DNA of 64,000 nucleotides from NCBI RefSeq assembly GCF_056746865.1, contig NZ_CM163382.1; one strand, 5' to 3'. Shown piece by piece: positions 57,734 to 64,000 of this stretch (position 1 is its first letter; each line of letters starts with the position of its first letter). The notes under the pieces were generated by a model. It saw only the letters and a program-made list of their open reading frames with translations, ran no database searches and was not told where the DNA came from. The position numbers and the translations under genes were made by a program.

Positions 57734-59836
57734 TTACTCAAATCGCCATGCAATATTCATGCCGACACCATAATTTCGCCCGGGCGCAGGTTCGTAATAT
57801 CGCCCGTTTGACTCATTGACAATGACAGAACCAACGTATTCTTTATCGAATAAATTATCGACACGACCAAATAAATCCACAGTTAAATTGTGGTAATTGT
57901 ATTTATACCCGGTGAATAAGCCGACGAGAGTATAAGACGGCGCTTTGGCCGTATTTTCATCATCTGCCATAATATCGCCCATATAACGCGCTTCCGTACC
58001 TGCATACCAGCCATCCTCCGGTACATAACCTATCGACGCAAAGCCCATATTACGGGCGATCCCTGGCATCCGATTACCGTTACAATCCTGTTCATTGCAA
58101 ACATTGCTGCGATAGGTCGCATCGAGCCAGGTCCAGGACGCTTTTACACGAAAATCTCCCGCGAAACGTTGATCCCATGCCAGCTCAGCGGCTTGACGAC
58201 GGGTCTTTCCGGCATTTTTGTAAGTCGTACGCCCACCGCTACTGCTATCGACAACAATTTCATCATCGGTGTCGGTCTGGAACAATGCGAGACTAAGCAG
58301 CCCATCACCAATACGCGTTTTACTGCCGATCTCAATTGTATCGTTGGTGGATGGTTTTAAACCAAAGTTCATACCGCTTTGACCGTCAGCACGATAAGAC
58401 AGCTCATTAATCGTCGGCGTTTCAAAACCTCGCCCGGCTGCCAGATAGATATTCCAGGCATCGGTCATTGCATATTTTAACGAACCGGCAGGTAGCCATT
58501 TGTGATAACTGGCATCACCGCTGTCATCGCCGTTACCCGGAGTAACGTAATGGTCGTTGGAATCAAACCATACGGAGCTGTAGCGCACGCCAGCATCCAG
58601 CGACAGTTTTTCGCTCAGCTGCCACTGTGTCTGCAAATAGGGATCGACGTTCCACATCAGATTGCGTTCGTCACGGCGCAACTCACCTTTTTGCCCGTAT
58701 TCCGGCACGCCGCTATTCAGGCGGAAGTTATTGTAGCCTTTGCGATTTTCACTCATGTTTTCGTAGTTCAGGCCGGTAGTGAACGTGAGCGGAACGCCCA
58801 GCTCGCCACGGTGTGTCCAGCGGCTGTCTATCCCCTGATAATGGCGTTGCAGAGTAATCACGCCGCCCGCATGCGACGGGTTAAGTTGTGGTGCCATCGG
58901 GATTGACTGGTACTGGGTCGTTTCTCGCTCCCCGGCATACATCATCACACTCATATCATCTTGTGCGCTCAGGCTACGTTCATAGCGCAACCCAGCCTGA
59001 GTTTGCTTGATGGTTTTTCGCGTGTCGTACTGTTCAGCGCGTGGCGCTTGTTGCGGATTCGCCTTCCATTCTGCTTCGGTTAGCCCACCTGGGTCATCTG
59101 CTTTGATATCCACACTATTGAAAATCAGGCTTAATTTGCTGGCGTCATCAATGCGTACGCCCAGTTTGGCATTGGCTAAATTTTTCTGTGCGCCACTATG
59201 ATCACGATAGCCGTGGGTCGTAAAGCGCGTGGTTGAGACGGTGTAATCGACATCGCCAGGCTGAGTGCCGTCGCCCATTGCGCCTGTTGCTTTCAGCCCA
59301 TAGCGCCAGCTGCCAAAACTGCCGTAGTAACTACTGGCTTCAATGGTTGGTGGCTGTTGTCCGGTCTGGGTGATGACATTCATTACACCGCCAGACGCGT
59401 TGCCATACAGAGCAGAGAAGGGGCCGCGCAGCACTTCCACATTTTGTACACTGCTTAAATCGATGTTGGATGTTTGCCCTTGTCCGTCGGGCATGGTGGC
59501 GGGAATACCGTCCACATACAGGCGAATACCGCGAATTCCGTAAGTGGAGCGGGAGCCAAATCCGCGAATCGACAGCTGTAAATCTTGCGCATAGTTCTGC
59601 CGGTTTTGTACCTGCAAACCAGGCACGCTGGTCAGTGATTCGGACAAGTTAATGCGCGGTGTTGCCAGGCGCATCTCCTCGCCATCCACCACGCTCACGG
59701 CTGCTGGGGTATCCAGTTCTGAAACCACCTGCGGTGCGGCACTGACAATCATGGTCTGTTCATCAGCGGCAAAAACAACGGGGGAAAGGACAAGCAGTGC
59801 GGGCAAAACGGTCTGTCGGACGGAAAAAATCTTCAT
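57734..59836 (-). CDS. yncD: TonB-dependent outer-membrane receptor (about 700 aa)
   Basis: Signal peptide MKIFSVRQTVLPALLVLSPVVFA, TonB-box-like region, C-terminal aromatic residue (...NIAWRFE). Confidence 0.85.
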   Translation of the reverse strand: MKIFSVRQTVLPALLVLSPVVFAADEQTMIVSAAPQVVSELDTPAAVSVVDGEEMRLATPRINLSESLTSVPGLQVQNRQNYAQDLQLSIRGFGSRSTYGIRGIRLYVDGIPATMPDGQGQTSNIDLSSVQNVEVLRGPFSALYGNASGGVMNVITQTGQQPPTIEASSYYGSFGSWRYGLKATGAMGDGTQPGDVDYTVSTTRFTTHGYRDHSGAQKNLANAKLGVRIDDASKLSLIFNSVDIKADDPGGLTEAEWKANPQQAPRAEQYDTRKTIKQTQAGLRYERSLSAQDDMSVMMYAGERETTQYQSIPMAPQLNPSHAGGVITLQRHYQGIDSRWTHRGELGVPLTFTTGLNYENMSENRKGYNNFRLNSGVPEYGQKGELRRDERNLMWNVDPYLQTQWQLSEKLSLDAGVRYSSVWFDSNDHYVTPGNGDDSGDASYHKWLPAGSLKYAMTDAWNIYLAAGRGFETPTINELSYRADGQSGMNFGLKPSTNDTIEIGSKTRIGDGLLSLALFQTDTDDEIVVDSSSGGRTTYKNAGKTRRQAAELAWDQRFAGDFRVKASWTWLDATYRSNVCNEQDCNGNRMPGIARNMGFASIGYVPEDGWYAGTEARYMGDIMADDENTAKAPSYTLVGLFTGYKYNYHNLTVDLFGRVDNLFDKEYVGSVIVNESNGRYYEPAPGRNYGVGMNIAWRFE

Positions 59837-60077
59837 GAAAAAAGCCAGGTTAAGAATGGGAAAACGCCGCCATGGTAATAAAATTGTAAATATATGGAAA
59901 ACGAAACGGCACGATACGTTAAGTAATTGAGAAAATTGTAGTCGTAACGGCAAGAAATGCTCCACATTTGAGAAAATAATGATTACCATTCCCATTTATA
60001 ACAAGAGCGTAACGATGATTACGCTTAGCGAAGCATTGTGAAGCAGCAAAAATATCGGTTCATCAAAGGGAGTCGTC

Positions 60078-61139
60078 ATGCATTTACGTCATCTGTTTTC
60101 ATCGCGCCTGCGTGGTTCATTACTGTTAGGTTCATTGCTTGTTGCTTCATCATTCAGTACGCAGGCTGCAGAAGAAATGCTGCGTAAAGCGGTAGGTAAA
60201 GGTGCCTACGAAATGGCTTATAGCCAGCAGGAGAACGCGCTGTGGCTCGCCACTTCGCAAAGCCGCAAACTGGATAAAGGCGGCGTGGTTTATCGTCTTG
60301 ATCCGGTTACTCTGGAAGTGACGCAGGCGATCCATAACGATCTCAAGCCGTTTGGTGCCACCATCAATAACACGACTCAGACGTTGTGGTTTGGTAACAC
60401 TGTAAACAGCGCGGTCACGGCGATAGATGCCAAAACGGGCGAAGTGAAAGGCCGTCTGGTGCTGGATGATCGTAAGCGCACGGAAGAGGTGCGCCCGCTG
60501 CAACCGCGTGAGCTGGTAGCTGATGATGCCACGAACACCGTTTACATCAGTGGTATTGGTAAAGAGAGCGTGATTTGGGTCGTTGATGGCGAGAATATCA
60601 AACTGAAAACCGCCATCCAGAACACCGGTAAAATGAGTACCGGTCTGGCGCTGGATAGCAAAGGCAAACGTCTTTACACCACTAACGCTGACGGCGAATT
60701 GATTACCATCGACACCGCCGACAATAAAATCCTCAGCCGTAAAAAGCTGCTGGATGACGGCAAAGAGCACTTCTTTATCAACATTAGCCTTGATACCGCC
60801 AGGCAGCGTGCATTTATCACCGATTCTAAAGCCGCAGAAGTGTTAGTGGTCGATACCCGTAATGGCAATATTCTGGCGAAGGTTGCGGCACCGGAATCAC
60901 TGGCTGTGCTGTTTAACCCGGCGCGTAATGAAGCCTACGTAACGCATCGTCAGGCAGGTAAAGTCAGTGTGATTGACGCGAAAAGCTATAAAGTGGTGAA
61001 AACGTTCGATACGCCGACTCATCCGAACAGCCTGGCGCTGTCTGCCGATGGCAAAACGCTGTATGTCAGTGTGAAACAAAAATCCACTAAACAGCAGGAA
61101 GCTACCCAGCCGGACGATGTGATTCGTATTGCGCTGTAA
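60078..61139 (+). CDS. yncE: Secreted beta-propeller protein YncE (353 aa)
   Basis: Signal peptide and repetitive propeller-like sequence. Confidence 0.85.
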   Translation: MHLRHLFSSRLRGSLLLGSLLVASSFSTQAAEEMLRKAVGKGAYEMAYSQQENALWLATSQSRKLDKGGVVYRLDPVTLEVTQAIHNDLKPFGATINNTTQTLWFGNTVNSAVTAIDAKTGEVKGRLVLDDRKRTEEVRPLQPRELVADDATNTVYISGIGKESVIWVVDGENIKLKTAIQNTGKMSTGLALDSKGKRLYTTNADGELITIDTADNKILSRKKLLDDGKEHFFINISLDTARQRAFITDSKAAEVLVVDTRNGNILAKVAAPESLAVLFNPARNEAYVTHRQAGKVSVIDAKSYKVVKTFDTPTHPNSLALSADGKTLYVSVKQKSTKQQEATQPDDVIRIAL

Positions 61140-61251
61140 TAGATATGGCGAGGGTGAAAACGGAGAGACTTGCCTGACTTTTATCACGCCGTATCCGGTA
61201 CCTTCGTCAGTAATTTGAATTTGCCCGGCACGTAGCCGGGCAATTTTGCAA

Positions 61252-62751
61252 TTAACTCGCCGTTTCAGGCTTAAACACAATTTCCTGTTGTTCTTCATCT
61301 TCCTCGACGACTGGCGCAGTGCTGTGAATTTCAGCAACGCGTTTGCGCACACCAAACCAGCCTATAACCAGCAGAATACCGATAATCGGCAGCGCCGCGA
61401 TGGTATAAGTCCCGTTCGGGTAATCGAACGCCATCAGCACCAGGACGCTCAGCAAAAACAGTAATGTCAGCCAGGAAGTGAAGGGCGCGCCAGGCAGTTT
61501 AAAACTCACATCCGCGGCTTTGCCTTCTTTAATCGCTTTACGCAGGCGCATCTGGCACACGATGATAAACGCCCATGAGGCGATGATTCCCAGCGACGCG
61601 AAGTTCAACACAATCTCAAATACGCGCGACGGCACCAGATAGTTGAGGAATACGCCGACGACATACACAACCAGTGTCGCCAGAATCCCGGCATACGGCA
61701 CATGCTGACGACTCATTTTCGCCATAAAACTCGGTGCGGAACCGCCCATCGCCATTGAGCGCAGAATACGTCCGGTGCAGTACAGACCTGAGTTCAGGCT
61801 GGAGAGGGCAGCGGTCAGCACCACAATGTTCATAATGCTGCCGATATATGGCACACCCAGTTTAGAGAAAAACGTCACGAACGGACTTTGCCCCGCCTGA
61901 TATGCGCTCCACGGCAATAACATAACCAGCAACACCACGGAGCCGACGTAAAACAGGCCAATACGCCAAATCACACTGTTAATCGCTTTAGGCACCATGG
62001 TCTGCGGATCTTTACATTCTCCGGCAGCTGTACCCACCATTTCAATGGAGGCAAAAGCAAACACTACGCCCTGAATCAACACCAGCGCAGGCAGCAAACC
62101 GTGGGGGAAGAAGCCGCCATTATCGGTAATTAAATGAAAACCAGTGGTGTTGCCATCCAGCGGCTGACCACTACCGAGGAACACTGTACCCACGACCAAA
62201 AAGGTCACAATGGCGAGCACTTTAATAAGCGCAAACCAGAACTCCATCTCGGCAAACCATTTCACACCGATCATATTCATGGTGCCAACGATGGTCAGCG
62301 CAGCGAGCGCAAAGACCCACTGCGGCACGCCGCCAAACGCACCCCAGTAATGCATATACAGAGCGACGGCGGTAATATCGACAATCCCCGTCATCGCCCA
62401 GTTGATGAAGTACATCCAGCCTGCAACGTAAGCGGCTTTCTCTCCTAAAAACTCACGGGCATAAGAGACAAAACTGCCACTGGAAGGGCGGTGTAGCACC
62501 AGCTCACCCAATGCACGCAGAATAAAAAATGAAAACAGGCCGCAGATTAAATAGACCAGTGCCAGTGCTGGCCCCGCCATTTGCAGTCGGGCTCCCGCGC
62601 CTAAAAACAAACCCGTACCAATCGCGCCGCCAATGGCGATCATCTGTACCTGGCGATTGCCCATCGCTTTGTGATACCCCTCTTCGTGGGCATTAAGCCA
62701 GCGGCGTTTCGCGGCGTGCTGATCTGAAGTGTCGGTGTCGTGTTTACTCAT
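61252..62751 (-). CDS. ansP: L-asparagine permease, APC-family amino acid transporter (about 499 aa)
   Basis: Multi-pass amino acid permease sequence; start taken at MSKHDTDTSDQ. Confidence 0.85.
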   Translation of the reverse strand: MSKHDTDTSDQHAAKRRWLNAHEEGYHKAMGNRQVQMIAIGGAIGTGLFLGAGARLQMAGPALALVYLICGLFSFFILRALGELVLHRPSSGSFVSYAREFLGEKAAYVAGWMYFINWAMTGIVDITAVALYMHYWGAFGGVPQWVFALAALTIVGTMNMIGVKWFAEMEFWFALIKVLAIVTFLVVGTVFLGSGQPLDGNTTGFHLITDNGGFFPHGLLPALVLIQGVVFAFASIEMVGTAAGECKDPQTMVPKAINSVIWRIGLFYVGSVVLLVMLLPWSAYQAGQSPFVTFFSKLGVPYIGSIMNIVVLTAALSSLNSGLYCTGRILRSMAMGGSAPSFMAKMSRQHVPYAGILATLVVYVVGVFLNYLVPSRVFEIVLNFASLGIIASWAFIIVCQMRLRKAIKEGKAADVSFKLPGAPFTSWLTLLFLLSVLVLMAFDYPNGTYTIAALPIIGILLVIGWFGVRKRVAEIHSTAPVVEEDEEQQEIVFKPETAS

Positions 62752-63017
62752 TGCTCTCCCTGATTGCTTTAATGAAAAAGTCATATAAGTTGCCATGAAC
62801 AATGTTTATTCATCCTGGCGATGATAGTTATCACCATTATTCTTTATGGGTATAAAACTATCGGCGCAGCATCCTACCCGTTATCGATAAACGATGCAAA
62901 ACATCCCCTTACAATCCTGAAGGGGAATAATACAACTGACGAAAAAATGACAAATCCTTTTGCTGGTTAACCTGTGTACTGTCCTACACTTAATCTTTAA
63001 AAGATTGTGAGGGGCAT

Positions 63018-63635
63018 ATGATTAAGGTGTATGGCGTACCCGGATGGGGCTCTACAATCAGTGAGCTGATGCTAACACTGGCTGATATTCCTTATCAGTT
63101 CGTTGATGTCAGTGGTTTTGACCACGAGGGAACCTCACGCGAGTTATTGAAAACCCTGAACCCGTTGTGTCAGATTCCGACACTGGCGCTGGAAAATGAC
63201 GAGATTATGACGGAGACAGCGGCGATTGCATTGATGGTTCTCGATCGTCGCCCGGACCTTGCGCCACCGGTTGGGCGCGCCGAACGTCAGCAGTTTCAAC
63301 GGCTATTGGTCTGGCTGGTTGCTAATGTCTATCCAACATTCACTTTCGCCGATTACCCTGAGCGTTGGGCTCCTGACGCACCCGAACAGTTAAAGAATAA
63401 TGTTATTGAATATCGTAAATCGCTTTATATCTGGCTGAATTCACAATTGACCGCTGAACCTTATGCCTTTGGCGAGCAACTAACGCTGGTGGACTGTTAT
63501 CTCTGCACCATGCGCACATGGGGGCCGGGGCATGAATGGTTTCACGATAATGCGCAGAATATCAGCGCGATCGCTGAAGCTGTATGTCAGTTACCGAAAT
63601 TACAAGAAGTATTAAAAAGGAATGTCATTATTTAA
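63018..63635 (+). CDS. yncG: Glutathione S-transferase homologue (205 aa)
   Basis: 205-aa ORF recognised as YncG. Confidence 0.8.
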   Translation: MIKVYGVPGWGSTISELMLTLADIPYQFVDVSGFDHEGTSRELLKTLNPLCQIPTLALENDEIMTETAAIALMVLDRRPDLAPPVGRAERQQFQRLLVWLVANVYPTFTFADYPERWAPDAPEQLKNNVIEYRKSLYIWLNSQLTAEPYAFGEQLTLVDCYLCTMRTWGPGHEWFHDNAQNISAIAEAVCQLPKLQEVLKRNVII

Positions 63636-64000
63636 CAATAATGCCGGAGGTTAATGTTAATGAATCACTGGCGTAATTAACTGGATATCCATTTGTTTGC
63701 TATGAATAGTAATTAAAGTTGGTACAACTATTTATATGATTGATGTAATTTCGTTTTTTATATGAAATATCAATTTAATATAATCCGAAAATAAAACATC
63801 TTTTCGCATGTAGAGAAACATGTCGATATGATAGTGCAGTGCAGATCATGTCATCAGGGTAGGGCGGTAGCGTATTTAATCAGGGAAAGATTACGCAACG
63901 CTGCTTTTTTGTATTGAACGATTCGCATTTTATGTTTAAAAATTGCGATATTCCTTATTTCCTGAAGCTGTTTTTATTGCTTATACATGATCAAATACTC

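Noticed and set aside
63780-64000. Possible short ORF (yncH-like) after yncG
   Set aside because: Only a ~29-codon frame is visible, the window ends shortly after, and I cannot match it to a known product

Overview
The window reads as an Escherichia coli-type chromosomal segment running from the 5' part of ldhA (minus strand, truncated at the window start) to yncG, in the same gene order I recall for E. coli K-12: ydbH-ynbE-ydbL, ydbA, ydbC, ydbD, ynbABCD, azoR, hrpA, ydcF, aldA, gapC, cybB, rydC, ydcA, hokB/mokB, trg, ydcI, ydcJ, opgD, ydcH, rimL, ydcK, tehAB, ydcL, ydcO, ydcN, ydcP, yncJ, hicAB, ydcR, ydcSTUV-patD, yncL, ortT, ydcY, ydcZ, mnaT, curA, mcbR, yncD, yncE, ansP, yncG. Gene names come from recognising the translated ORFs; no database search was run. 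No rRNA, tRNA, CRISPR array or transposase was seen. Two AT-rich stretches carry genes I cannot place in the K-12 backbone and are the best candidates for accessory or undescribed content. (1) About 1.3 kb between hrpA and ydcF holds two overlapping minus-strand genes: a 164-aa SMI1/KNR4 (SUKH)-like immunity-type protein and a 99-103-aa protein of unknown function, with no toxin gene nearby. (2) About 1.4 kb between patD and yncL holds a 269-aa hexapeptide-repeat acetyltransferase of the XAT family (streptogramin A acetyltransferase Vat / CatB-like) with N- and C-terminal extensions. Other differences from the K-12 arrangement as I recall it: ydbA is an intact 1939-aa autotransporter ORF with a 7-copy decapeptide tandem repeat, gapC is intact, the feaRB-tynA-paa cluster is absent between ydbL and ydbA, and no IS609 lies between ydcL and ydcO. 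Gene starts that I moved away from the ORF-track start are inferred from remembered protein lengths and local RBS context and are less certain than the stops.
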